From: the human T2T-CHM13v2.0 reference genome, Homo sapiens
DNA: 64,000 nucleotides
Direction: 5' to 3'
NCBI GenBank assembly: GCA_009914755.4
Contig: CP068257.2
Location: 36,256,001-36,320,000 of the forward strand
Of the stretch, positions 53,740 to 64,000 are shown in pieces; within the stretch, counting starts at the first letter, position 1, and every line of letters starts with the position of its first letter. The notes beneath the pieces are model-generated. The model ran no database searches and was not told the DNA's origin. It saw only the letters and a program-made list of their open reading frames with translations. The position numbers and the translations under genes are program-made.

Positions 53740-54924
53740 TAAGTCTCTATGTTCTGGGGTGGTTTGTTATTCAGAAATAGGTAATCAAAACAAAAATCAG
53801 TATCTAGAAGTGAGGTGCTGCTGTAATAAAAGTAAAACACGAGGCCTTGACTTTGGGACCAGGTAGTGAGCAGGTGCTGGAAGAGAAGCAAGGAAACTGC
53901 TATTGGAAGCTGGAAAGATGGCACTTTGAGTTTTGTAGCAGCTAATCAATTTGCAGAATTGTCACCTGCAGTAACTTGGAAGTTAGAAAATGTACCCGAA
54001 CGTATGGATCTGGCTAAGGGGATTTCCAGGTAGAATGTTGAAAGTGCCAAATGGCTTTCTTAGCTGCGTATAATAACCATTGGAAAAGAGAGAACTGTTC
54101 TGTTTGTAAGCAGAATTTAGGGGAAATATAACAGAGATACAACTTGCTGTTTGGAAAATAATACAGTTTATTATCCCTAGTCTTTCCTAGAGTGAGAAAG
54201 TCTCAAACTAAAAAATAGTCACAGGATAAGGATCAGATGAAGGATATGGCTTCATCTATATGGCTTCAGAGATATGCAAGATCTCTGAAGATTTAAGATG
54301 GTGCCTGGTTACTTCCTCAGCTAGAAAAAAAAGCACTTTAAAGAATCTTCAGGGAATTGTCCTCTAGAAGTTCTAGGTGAGGCCCAAAGTACAGTGATCT
54401 GTCTTGAAAGAAATGATGGTTTTAGATTGGGACACAGGGTAAACTGCAAACATTCTATAAAGAGCTCACAATGTCTTTAAAGGGATTTACCAACTTGAAC
54501 TGAAAGAGACAGGATCAAATCAAAAGGCAACGAGGGTTTGGTTCCCTGACTTTCTATGCGCAGGAAACAGGAAGAGAAAACTGCTCGCATGCAAGTGCAA
54601 GACACTGCTTATGGGAAGGAAAAAGCTCTCACAGAGCAAAGCTGAGAACTTCTAGAGGAAGGAACCAAGAACTGCAAACAATTATTAGAAAGCAGAATTA
54701 AGCCTTAATCGTGGAACACTTCAGGATCCTTGGAGGTGCATGACTGGGTGTATTTCAGAATTGCTATGGGCCAATGACTACTGTATGCCTCTCATTGCTT
54801 TCTATTTTAAGTGGGAACATTGACTGCAATTACCCTGTTCTTGTCTCAACATGGTGTGTTGGATATGTGGGAACAGATAATTTGACTTTTTGTTCACATA
54901 TCTCTAGATTAAGAGTTACTGATA

Positions 54925-55217
54925 CACACCAACAATCCCAGCAATTTAGGAGGCTGAGGCAGGAGGATTACTTGAAGCTAGGAGTTTGAGACCAGACTGG
55001 ACAACATAGCAAAACCTTGCCTCTACAAAAAAATTTTAAAAAAATTAGCCAGGCGTGGTGGTGCATGCCTGTGGTCCCAGCTACTCAGGAGGATGAAGCA
55101 GGAGTATTGCCTGAGCCCAGAAGTTTGAGGTTGAGGTTGCAGTGAGCCATTATGGCATCACTGCACTCCAGCCTGGGTGACAGCGAGACCCTGTCTCAAG
55201 AAAAAAAAAAAGAAAAA
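54925..55217 (+). mobile_element. Alu, 5'-truncated, plus orientation, flanked by TSD AAGAGTTACTGATA
   Basis: CAATCCCAGCAATTTAGGAGGCTGAGGCAGGAGGATTACTTGAAGCTAGGAGTTTGAGACCAGACTGGACAACATAGCAAAACCTTGCCTCTACAAAAAAATTTTAAAAAAATTAGCCAGGCGTGGTGGTGCATGCCTGTGGTCCCAGCTACTCAGGAGGATGAAGCAGGAGTATTGCCTGAGCCCAGAAGTTTGAGGTTGAGGTTGCAGTGAGCCATTATGGCATCACTGCACTCCAGCCTGGGTGACAGCGAGACCCTGTCTCAAGAAAAAAAAAAAG. The TSD is seen at 54911-54924 and 55286-55299. Confidence 0.85.
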
Positions 55218-55290
55218 GGAAGGAAGGAAGGAAGGACAGACGGATGGAGGGAGGGAGGGAAGGAAGGAAGAGAAAGAAAGAAAGAAAGAG
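55218..55290. repeat. (GGAA)n/(GGGA)n/(GAAA)n tetranucleotide microsatellite derived from the Alu poly-A tail
   Basis: ggaaggaaggaaggaaggacagacggatggagggagggagggaaggaaggaagagaaagaaagaaagaaagag. Confidence 0.9.
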
Positions 55291-56989
55291 TTACTGATAT
55301 CAAAAAGTCTTGTCTAAACCTGAATAAAGATAAAGAGATTATAAGTCTGTAGCCTGGTGACATGATTGGGTGAAACTCTGGAGGCCTTTGGAGGGGGTGA
55401 GTGTATTTTGTATGTGGGAAGCGTATGAATCATTGGATTAGGGGAGGACTGAAAGATTGGTGAGGTCATAGATGTGGTTGATGGAAAAGAGATGAAGAGA
55501 AGTATCAACTATTGTAGTAGTTTTGGCCACTTGCTTAAGCAGATTTCTCATACTTTCCAGGCCTGATCGGACCCATCTTATATGGACACATGGTACATTG
55601 TTACACCAGTGGCTCCCAGTGAATCCCACTGTACCCTTGTGAGCCCAGGCAAAATCAGCAGAAGAGTGTAGCAATGGACAGTTGATAGAGTGTAGAATGC
55701 CATTTCCATTTTATAATGGAACGCTGCTATGAACATCCCATTTTTAATGGTTTTGTGGGTCAGATAACATCCAATTAATGAAGAACAGTTTAGTTACATG
55801 GTCACTCAGGGATCCACGGTGAACATTCTATCTTGACCAGATCCTGAAATCAAGCAAGAAGTTGCTTTTCAAATGGAAAATTACTGTTAGCGTGAGAGAA
55901 CATGGCTTTACTCCCAAAGCCTAAGAGTCTGTTCTGTGATTCTCCTATGGGGACTTGCCAGAGTCTCCATACACTTACTTCCCTGCTTGGCATAAACAGC
56001 CACATTACAGGGCTCTTCCTCAAGGAAACTGACCTCCTCCTCCATAAAGACTCCGTGTCTACAACGGACTTAGGTCCGGGAACTGGACCGAGACTGTGAA
56101 TCCCAGGAAGGCAACTTGAGTTAGGACTAGACCCACTTGCCAGATTCGTTTTTCTGATTTTGCAGGCAGAGCAATAACCTCAGGAGGAAGCATTTATTTC
56201 ATTTTTGGAGGTCCCATAACCAGTCAGATCCCTGCAGATCAAAACATTGATCACGACTCCATTCTTGAGGCATACTATGGAATGGAAGTTCAGCTATGGC
56301 TTCCAAAGCATTTGCCATTTCAATGTAGATTTTTAATTCATTTGTTTTATTTTGGATGTTTATTATTGGTGGATTCTGGGAACCCTAGGTAGCCTGATTA
56401 TCGCAGTAGAAGCAGGAGGAATCCTGGAAGAATTGATGCTTAATTATAAGATGACAAACTCAGTAGACAGGGAGTTACCAATACCAAGAGACACTAGGTA
56501 AGGAATTTTATTATAGTAATGTTGAAAATGCTGAAGGGTTTGGGGGATGCCAGATTCATGCAGCTACAAAAGCAGCTAGATCTTTGCTCTAATAGGACAG
56601 TCTTCAAAAGTGTGCATTATAATTTATTTATTTATGTTGGCTTTGTTAGCCTTTATACCTGAGAATGGAGAGAAATAGGATGCACCCCCTGCTTCTTTAT
56701 TTGACTACAGCTTTTAACTCAGAGTGAGACGTCAAAAGACATTTAAACTGTAATCATTAACTAATAAATTCAGATAAATAAATTTAATATAATTATAGAA
56801 GTAATTTTGAAGCACCCATATTTGAAGAAAAATGAGAAAGATAAGCAGTCCCACTGTTTTAGGTAACTATTTCTAAGCCAAATAAAATGTGATATAAATT
56901 GCTAGGGGGTGAAGTGCAAGCAGACTCAGGTTCACATCATTAAAGGACTTTTGCTCATCACTCGCTTGCAAAGCGACCCTTACCTTCTC

Positions 56990-58300
56990 CCATATACAGA
57001 AATTAACTCAAAATAGATTACAGACTTAAATGTAAAATCTAAAACTATAAAACTTGTAGAAGAATACATAAAAGACAATCATGACTTTGGCATAGGTCAA
57101 AAATTTTTAAGTATGATTCTAAAAGGCATGTTTCATAAAAGAAAATACAGATAAATTTGAATTAATTGAAAATTTTTGTTCTTTGAAAGACTGTTAAGAT
57201 GAAAAGACAAGCCATAGAAAGGGAAAAGTTCTTGCAAAAAATATGTATGATAAAAACCTGCATTCAGAATATATAAGATTGTTTTCTTATTATTACATTT
57301 TGAGAGTTTCTTACATATTGGATATGTTAACTAGTTTGATGTTAACCTTGTGTTAATGATATGATATAATCATTCCACAATGTATATATATTTCAAAACA
57401 TTACATTGTACAACATAAATATATATAATTATTATTTCTCAATTAAAAATGAACATTTTAAATGTGCAAAAGTTCAAGTAGACACTACATAGAAGAAGAT
57501 ACATGGATGATAAACTCACACGAAAATGTGCTCACATCACTAGAAATTAGATAAAATCCAATTTGAAGTACAATGAGGTAGACCTACATACCTATGCAAA
57601 TGGAAACAAAAACAAAAACAAAAAAACACCTGACAAAACCAAGTGCTGGTAAGGAAACAGGGAAATTGGAATGATCACATATTTCTGTAGGAATGCAAAA
57701 GATGCAGCCATTTTGGAAACCAGGTTGGCCATTTTTTAGTTAAACACATGCTTGCAACAAGATCCAGTAATCCAACTACTATTGTTTACTCAAAGGAAAT
57801 GAAAACTTATGTTCACACAAGAATTTGTATGTGGATTTTTAGAACAATTCTATTCATAAGAGCCGAAAATGGAAACCAATCCAAATGTCTATCAATAGGG
57901 GGAATGGGCAAACTGTTTTCATCTATACTATGTATCATAGTAATAAAATGAAACAACCTGTGATAATCCAACAACATGGAAGATTTTCAACTCCATTTTG
58001 CCAAGTGAAATAAGCAATACTCAAATGGCTACATAGTGGACAACTCCATTTATATGACATTCTAAAAAAGGTGAAACCATGGAAACAGGAAATAGATCAA
58101 TGATTGCCAGGGCCTGGGAATGGGAAGAGAGATTTATTGCAAAGAGGTATTAAAGAATTTGAGAATTCTTTAATTTTATATATTGATTTTGGAAATGGTT
58201 ACAGGACTATTTCTGTCAATCAAAACTCAGAACTGCGCAGCTAAAAAGGATAATATTGAATGTATATAAATTATATCTCAGAACATTTGACTTAAAATAC
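56990..58300 (+). mobile_element. Old L1 (L1M-type) ORF2 C-terminal region plus 3' end, plus orientation, degraded
   Basis: Plus-strand translations resemble the L1 ORF2 C-terminal region (…KIDKFELIENFCSLKD…SHRKGK…; …CAHITRN.IKSNLKYNEVD…CW.GNREIGMITYFCRNAKDAAILETRLAIF…) with frameshifts, followed by an A/T-rich 3'UTR-like sequence. Confidence 0.55.
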
Positions 58301-58472
58301 ATGAGAACAAAATGAAGACATCTACAGATAAAGAAAAAGCATTGAAATAAATTATTGGTAATACGCTTGTGCCACATTGCTACAAGAAGTCCTTTAGGCA
58401 GAAGGTAAATGACATCAGACAGTAAATCAGATCTATGAGAAGGAATCGATAGAACTGGAAATGGTAATAGAG

Positions 58473-58509
58473 TGTGTGTGTGTGTGCGTGTGTGTGTGTG
58501 TGTGTGTGT
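58473..58509. repeat. (TG)n microsatellite with one CG interruption
   Basis: tgtgtgtgtgtgtgtgcgtgtgtgtgtgtgtgtgtgtc. Confidence 0.9.
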
Positions 58510-58799
58510 CTATGCATGTGTGTATTTCGCTCTCTTAATTTATTTGTAAGACATATGACTGTATTTTGGGGTTCATATTGTATATGTGTGCAATGCATGT
58601 GACCATATAATGTGGGGAGAATGACTGAACTTGTCGCAAAATTTCTATATTTTACTTGGAGTAAGTAAATATTAACTTGAATAATATTGTAATATGTTAA
58701 ATATATATATTTTCATCAGGAATCAACAACCGAAAAGATAAAGAAGGCAAATAAATATAACTAATAGTTGGAAAAGTTAAAATTGTATAGTAAGAAATA

Positions 58800-60700
58800 T
58801 TTAACACAATTAAAGTAGGAAAAGAAGAATAGGACAAAAAAAGGAAGAGAAAAAACAAATGGCAAGTTGGCAGGCCTAAGTTAAATCATGTCAATAATCA
58901 TATTAAATATGAATGTGCCAAACATTCTAATCAAAAGGCAGACATTGTCAGACTGAATGAAAAATCAAGGTCTAATTATGTGCTGCTTATAAAAGATGGA
59001 CTTTAATTTCAAAGGCACAAATTGGTTGAAAGTAAAAGGATAGAAAAATGTATCCTGTACAAATATAAACATACAAGGGTTGAGTGGTTGTATTAAAATC
59101 AGATGAAGTAGACTTTAATATAAAGAACATTACTAAAGACAAAGAAAGGTATTTTATTATGATGAAAGGCTGAATACAGTAGGGAAAGAAAACAAGCATA
59201 AATGCATCTGACAATGAGCTACAAGATATATGAAGCAAATATTGAAACATAATTGAAAAGAGAAATAGAGAAGTCAACAATTACAGTTGGAGATTTCAAC
59301 ATTCTTCTCTCAGTAATTGATAGAACATGTAAATAAACAACCAGTAGGATACTGGCCTCTTGAGCAACATTATCAACCAACTGGATCAAATATAGTGATA
59401 ACTGTGGAACACTTCACCAAACAACAGCAGAACACATTCTTTTCATGCACTTGGAACATTCTTTAAGGTATACCATGTACTAAACCATAATATATGTCTT
59501 AAAAACTTAAAGATACTGAAATAACACAGCATGTATTCTCTGATTTCAATGTCAGTTAGGAATCAAGAAGAGAAAGAGAGAGACGTGGGAAACCCCAAGT
59601 ATGTGGAAATGATAAAATGAATGAACATGTAAGTATAACAAAATTTCTTTTCTTTTCCTTTTTGTTTTAGAGACTAGGTCTCACTCTGTTCCCCAGACTG
59701 AAGTGCAGTGGTGCAATCATAGCTCACTGCAGCCTTGAACTCCTGGCCTTGAGTGATCCCCCACCTCAGCTTTCCCTCCCAAGTAACTGAGACTACATCT
59801 GTGCACCACTGTACCTGGCTAAAAAATGCAATTAAGTAAACTTGAAATGCAGTTAAGTAAACCTTTGAGAAAGAAATTTAGCTTTAGAGAAGAAGAAAGA
59901 TCCAAAACAAGTGATCTAAGCTTCTAAGAAGCTAGAAAGAAACAGAAATTAAATTCAAGTAGAAAAAAGGAAAAAGTAAAATCAGAATGGAAATCAGTGG
60001 AATGTGAAATGGATAAACAATAGAGGAAACCAAGATTGCCAAGGTTAGCTTTTAAAAAAGACTAATAAGGTAGAATAACCTTTAGCTCATTGATCAAGAA
60101 AAAAGAGAAATCATGATCAATATCTGGATGATTGAGATCACTATAGACCCTACAAACATTAAAAGAATGATAACAGAATGTTACAAACAACTTTATACCA
60201 AAAATTTATGCATTTATGTGAAATAGATAAATTCCTTAGAAAGTAGAAACTATTGAAATTGACTCAAGGAAAAAAAAAACTGCAAAAAATCTGAATATCT
60301 CTTTACAAAGCAAGCTGATTTAAATAGTAATTTAAAATATCTTTGCAAAATATATTAAGGCGGATTTGGTGGTGAGGTTTTACCAAGCATTAGGGAAAAA
60401 ATAATACAAATTATCCTTTCAGAAAAGAGAGGGGGAAGGTATAATTTTCAATTCATTTTATGAGGACAGTATTACTTTGCTACAAAAGCCAGCCAAATAC
60501 TTCGTAAGAAAACTAGAGATTAATATCCTTTATGAACACAGATGCAAAAGTTTTAAACAAAATTTTAGCCAATTGAATCCAGCAATATGTAAAAATGATA
60601 ATACACCATGATCAACTGGGTTTTATCTCAGGAATGCAAGGTTGGTTTAACATCCAAATGTCATTAGTATAGTACACCATATGTGAAAGGCAGAATAATG
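58800..60700 (+). mobile_element. Old L1 (L1M-type) ORF2 5' region (endonuclease/RT), plus orientation, interrupted by an Alu monomer
   Basis: Plus-strand translation from ~58890: MSIIILNMNVPNILIKRQTLSD.MKNQGL.MCCLQ…KVKG.KN…ANINIQ…KVFYYDERL. This resembles L1 ORF2 N-terminus ITLNVNGLNSPIKRHRLAEWIKKQDPTICCLQETH…KGWKKI…KRDKEGHYIMIKG, with many stops and frameshifts. Confidence 0.6.
59644..59822 (-). mobile_element. Free Alu right monomer (FRAM-like), minus orientation, inserted in the old L1
   Basis: T-rich leader then GAGACTAGGTCTCACTCTGTTCCCCAGACTGAAGTGCAGTGGTGCAATCATAGCTCACTGCAGCCTTGAACTCCTGGCCTTGAGTGATCCCCCACCTCAGCTTTCCCTCCCAAGTAACTGAGACTACATCTGTGCACCACTGTACCTGGCT. Confidence 0.75.
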
Positions 60701-60943
60701 GCCCTTCAGAGATGTCCATGTCCTAAATCCCCAGAACCTACAAACATATTACCATAAGTGGCAAAAGGAACTTTGCAAATGTGATTAGCGTCAATCACCT
60801 TGACATGAGGAGATTATCCTGGATTATCTGGATGGGCCCAATGGAATCATAACGGTCTCCATAAGGGACACATGAAGGCAGAGGGAGATATAACTACAGA
60901 AGAGAAAGGAAGAGTGATTCAATGTGAGAAGGACTTGGCACAT

Positions 60944-61307
60944 AATATGGTTTGGCTCTGTGTTCCCACCCAAATCTCTTCATGAACTATAATCCCCACA
61001 AGTTGATGGAGGGACTTGGTGGGAGGTGATTGGATCATGGGGGCAGTTTCCCCCATGCTGTTCTCATGATAGTGAGGGAGTTCTCACAGGATCTGATAGC
61101 TTAAAAGTGGCAGTTTCCCTTACTCTCTCTCTTTCTCCTGCCACCATGTAAGATGTGCCTTGCTTCCCCTTTGCCTTTTGCCATGATTGTAAGTTTCCTG
61201 AGGGCTCCCAGCCATGTGGAACTGTGAGTCAATTAAACCTCCTTTCTTTATAAATTACCCAGTATCAGCTATTTCTTTACAGCATTGTACAAACTAGCTA
61301 GTACAGA
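60944..61307 (+). mobile_element. THE1-like MaLR 5' LTR
   Basis: TAATATGGTTTGGCTCTGTGTTCCCACCCAAATCTCTTCATGAACTATAATCCCCACAAGTTGATGGAGGGACTTGGTGGGAGGTGATTGGATCATGGGGGCAGTTTCCCCCATGCTGTTCTCATGATAGTGAGGGAGTTCTCACAGGATCTGATAGC...CCATGATTGTAAGTTTCCTGAGGGCTCCCAGCCATGTGGAACTGTGAGTCAATTAAACCTCCTTTCTTTATAAATTACCCAGTATCAGCTATTTCTTTACAGCATTGTACAAACTAGCTAGTACA. Confidence 0.85.
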
Positions 61308-61935
61308 AAATTGGTACTGAGAGTGGGGTACTATTACAAAGATAATTGAGAATGTGGAATCAACTTTGGAACTGGGTAACAGGCAGAAGTTGGAACAGTT
61401 TGGAAGGCTCAGAAGAAGACAGGAAGATGTGGGAAAATTTGGAACTTCCTAGAGACTTGTCTAACGGGTTTTTTTTTCAACTTTTATTTTCAGGATGTGC
61501 AGGTTTGTCACATAGGTAACTGTGTGCCATGATGGTTTACAGCACAGATCATCCCATCACCCAGGTTATTGAGCTTAGCATCCATTAGCTATTTTTCCTG
61601 ATGCTCTCCCTCCTCCCAGCCTCCCTCATAGGTGCCCAAATGCTGATAATGATATGGACAGTGAAGTCTAGGCTGAGGTGGTCTCAGATGGAGATGAAGA
61701 ACTTATTAAGACTGGAGCAAAGGTCACTCTTGCTATGCTTTAGCAAAGAGACTGGTGGAATTTTTCCCTACCCTAGAGGTATGTGGAACTTTGAACTTCA
61801 GAGAGATGATTTAGGGTATCTGGCAGAAGAAATTTTTAAGCAGCAAAGCGTTCAAGAAATGACCTGGCCTTTTCTGAAAGCATACATTCATAAGCATTCA
61901 CAAAGAGATGATCTGAAATTTTACTCCTAGCTACT
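61308..61935 (+). mobile_element. THE1 internal (MaLR-int) sequence, split by an inserted L1 fragment
   Basis: GAAAATTGGTACTGAGAGTGGGGTACTATTACAAAGATAATTGAGAATGTGGAATCAACTTTGGAACTGGGTAACAGGCAGAAGTTGGAACAGTTTGGAAGGCTCAGAAGAAGACAGGAAGATGTGGGAAAATTTGGAACTTCCTAGAGACTTG, then after the L1 piece AATGCTGATAATGATATGGACAGTGAAGTCTAGGCTGAGGTGGTCTCAGATGGAGATGAAGAAC... This matches the remembered THE1 internal consensus, and the track ORF 61601-61930 lies inside it. Confidence 0.65.
61468..61620 (-). mobile_element. Short L1 3'UTR-derived fragment, minus orientation, nested in THE1-int
   Basis: Poly-T then CAACTTTTATTTTCAGGATGTGCAGGTTTGTCACATAGGTAACTGTGTGCCATGATGGTTTACAGCACAGATCATCCCATCACCCAGGTTATTGAGCTTAGCATCCATTAGCTATTTTTCCTGATGCTCTCCCTCC. 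This is the same L1 3'-end segment as at 50221-50400. Confidence 0.6.
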
Positions 61936-62525
61936 TTCCTAAAAGAAGTTAAAACATATGTCTACACAAAGACTTGTACATGAATGTTAATTGCATCATT
62001 ATTCATAATACTCCCCAAATGGAACCAACCAACCTCAGTGTCCATCAACTGGTAAATAAATAAGTGGTATATCCACACAATGGGATGCTACATAGCACTA
62101 AGAAGGAATGACCAATGATACATACCACAACATGGAAGAATCTCAAGAACAGCATGCTAAATAAAAGAGCCAGATATAGAAGACTTGATACTGTATGATT
62201 CCACTCATGTGAAATTCCAGAAAAGCCAGGCTAAAATGTTAGAAGGCAGATCAATGTTTACCAGGGGCTGGAGATAAGAACAAAAATTGACTGTAAAAGG
62301 ACACAGGGAACATTCTAGGGCAATGAAAATGCTTTAAACCTTAACTGTGATGCTATTTGCACACCTGTGTACATTTACCAAATCTCATCCATCTGTACGT
62401 TTAAAATGGGTGAATTTTATTGTGTGTAAATTATAACTCGAGTTGTTAAAAATATAAACATCTCTAATAAAGTAAAATAAAATAAAGTAAATGAAAATAA
62501 AACAAAACAAAAAATAGTCCAGCAC
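61936..62525 (+). mobile_element. Old L1 3' end (ORF2 C-terminus + 3'UTR), plus orientation
   Basis: The translation contains …VHTKTCT-like and …QPQCPSTGKWINK.WYIHTMGCYIALRRNDQ.YIPQHGRISRTAC.IKEPDIED-like L1 ORF2 C-terminal remnants. It ends in an AT-rich tail: aaaatataaacatctctaataaagtaaaataaaataaagtaaatgaaaataaaacaaaacaaaaaat. Confidence 0.65.
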
Positions 62526-63347
62526 CATGATGATCTTTTCATGTGTCAATCTGGCTATGTTATAGTTTCTAGTTATTCAAACACCAATCCAGGAGTTACT
62601 GCGAAGGCATTTTATAGATGTGATTAAAACTCATAATCAGTTGACTTTAAGTAGGGAAGGATATCCTAGGTAACCTGGACTGACTCAAACAAAGGGTCTC
62701 AAAAGCCCAGCTGAGTCTCCCTTAAAGAAGGGAGGCTGATGGCAGCTTCAGCCGTGCAGAGTGTTCCAGCCTGCCCTCCCCAATGGTCTGTCTTATGAAT
62801 TTCAGACTTGCCTTGTCAGCCCCACAATTAGATAAGCCAATTTCTTGCAAAATTTTCACATGTACTATTATTTTGTCCCATGAAACTGATCAGAGTTGTA
62901 ATTTTGCTTTGATTTTTGATTATGTGTTTATCTTAATTGGCAAGGATATTGTCTTCATTCATCACGTGCATTCATTCTTCATTCATTCATCAAGGATATT
63001 GTCTTTTTTATTCATAGCTACGTATATGCTGCCTGACCTATAGTGTACACTCTGTAAATATTTGTTGAATGAATGAAGTATTATTTTATGAGTATGTTTA
63101 TATTTGTCAGACCATCTCCAAAATGTTGGTTTGTGAAATGTCAACATTTATATCATAAAGCAGGAGCAGGGAAACTTTTTCTTAAAGGACCATATAGTAA
63201 ATATATTCAGCTTTATTAGCCAACAGTTTACGTTATTGGCCCACAACAGTTGACTCAACTCTGTTGATGTAGGGCAAAAATAAAGATAGTTAATATGTAA
63301 ATCAATGAGTGTGTCTGTATTCTAACAAAACTTTATGAAAACAGGTG

Positions 63348-63671
63348 GGGCCAGCGCAATGGTTCACACCTATAATTCCAGCACTTTGGGAGGCCGAGGT
63401 GGGTAGATCGCTTGAGTCCAAAGTGTGAGACCAATCTGAGTTGAGTAACATGGAGAAACCCCATCTCTACAAAAATTACAAAAAAATAGTCCAGTGTGGT
63501 GGTTCATGCCTGTAGTCCCAGGTACTTGGGAGGCTGAGGTGGGAGGATGCTTGCTTCCAGGAGGTGGAGGCTACAGTGAGCTGAGATCGTGCCTCTGCAC
63601 TCCAGCCTGGGTGACAGAGCAAGACCCTGACCCTGTCTTAAAAAAAAAAAAGAGGAAAAAAGAAAAGAAAA
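63348..63671 (+). mobile_element. Alu, full length, plus orientation, flanked by TSD GAAAACAGGTG
   Basis: GGGCCAGCGCAATGGTTCACACCTATAATTCCAGCACTTTGGGAGGCCGAGGTGGGTAGATCGCTTGAGTCCAAAGTGTGAGACCAATCTGAGTTGAGTAACATGGAGAAACCCCATCTCTACAAAAATTACAAAAAAATAGTCCAGTGTGGTGGTTCATGCCTGTAGTCCCAGGTACTTGGGAGGCTGAGGTGGGAGGATGCTTGC...CCAGCCTGGGTGACAGAGCAAGACCCTGACCCTGTCTTAAAAAAAAAAAAGAGGAAAAAAGAAAAGAAAAG. The TSD is seen at 63337-63347 and 63672-63682. Confidence 0.9.
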
Positions 63672-64000
63672 GAAAACAGGTGACTAGTCTATGAGTCATA
63701 CTTTGCCCACCCTTGCATAAAGTCCTGCTCATCTACAGTAGTCATGGACTATTGTGTTTAAGAAGTATCTGGTTACTATGTAATTTATTAGGGCCAAGGT
63801 GTTAGAGTACAATAAGAGACCTTGTCATCATAGTTGTAATGAATGTGATGAATATAATTTATCTGATGGTTCATAAGGTGCTCTAGCTTCACCTCGTCCC
63901 CATGTAAAAAAATCTCATTGCAAAATACAGCGAAGATGTATGGAGGCATTGACCTAAATCAGCACCAAATGCACGGAAGTCTCTGAAAACTTATTATATT

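Overview
This window is vertebrate, and specifically primate/human, nuclear DNA. It is not a prokaryotic locus, and I see no operons, CRISPR arrays or defence-type systems. It reads as a gene-poor, AT-rich stretch made mostly of interspersed repeats: about 12 Alu elements or monomers (several with intact target-site duplications), several MaLR LTRs (THE1/MST/MLT1-like), old and younger L1 fragments, at least one MIR, and many simple repeats. The simple repeats include (GT)n, (GA)n, (GGAA)n, a ~48-nt poly-T run and degenerate GT/CA tracts. The one promoter-like structure is a ~2.8 kb CpG-rich domain at ~41.8-44.5 kb, made of two CpG islands. A (GT)21(GC)5 tract sits just upstream, and consensus splice donors point away from each other on the two strands, so it looks like a divergent, possibly bidirectional promoter for transcripts I cannot name from sequence alone (possibly noncoding). 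I could not identify the locus or any convincing protein-coding exon. Essentially every ORF in the six-frame track is a repeat, GC-content or chance artefact. Coordinates of repeat boundaries are approximate (tens of bp).
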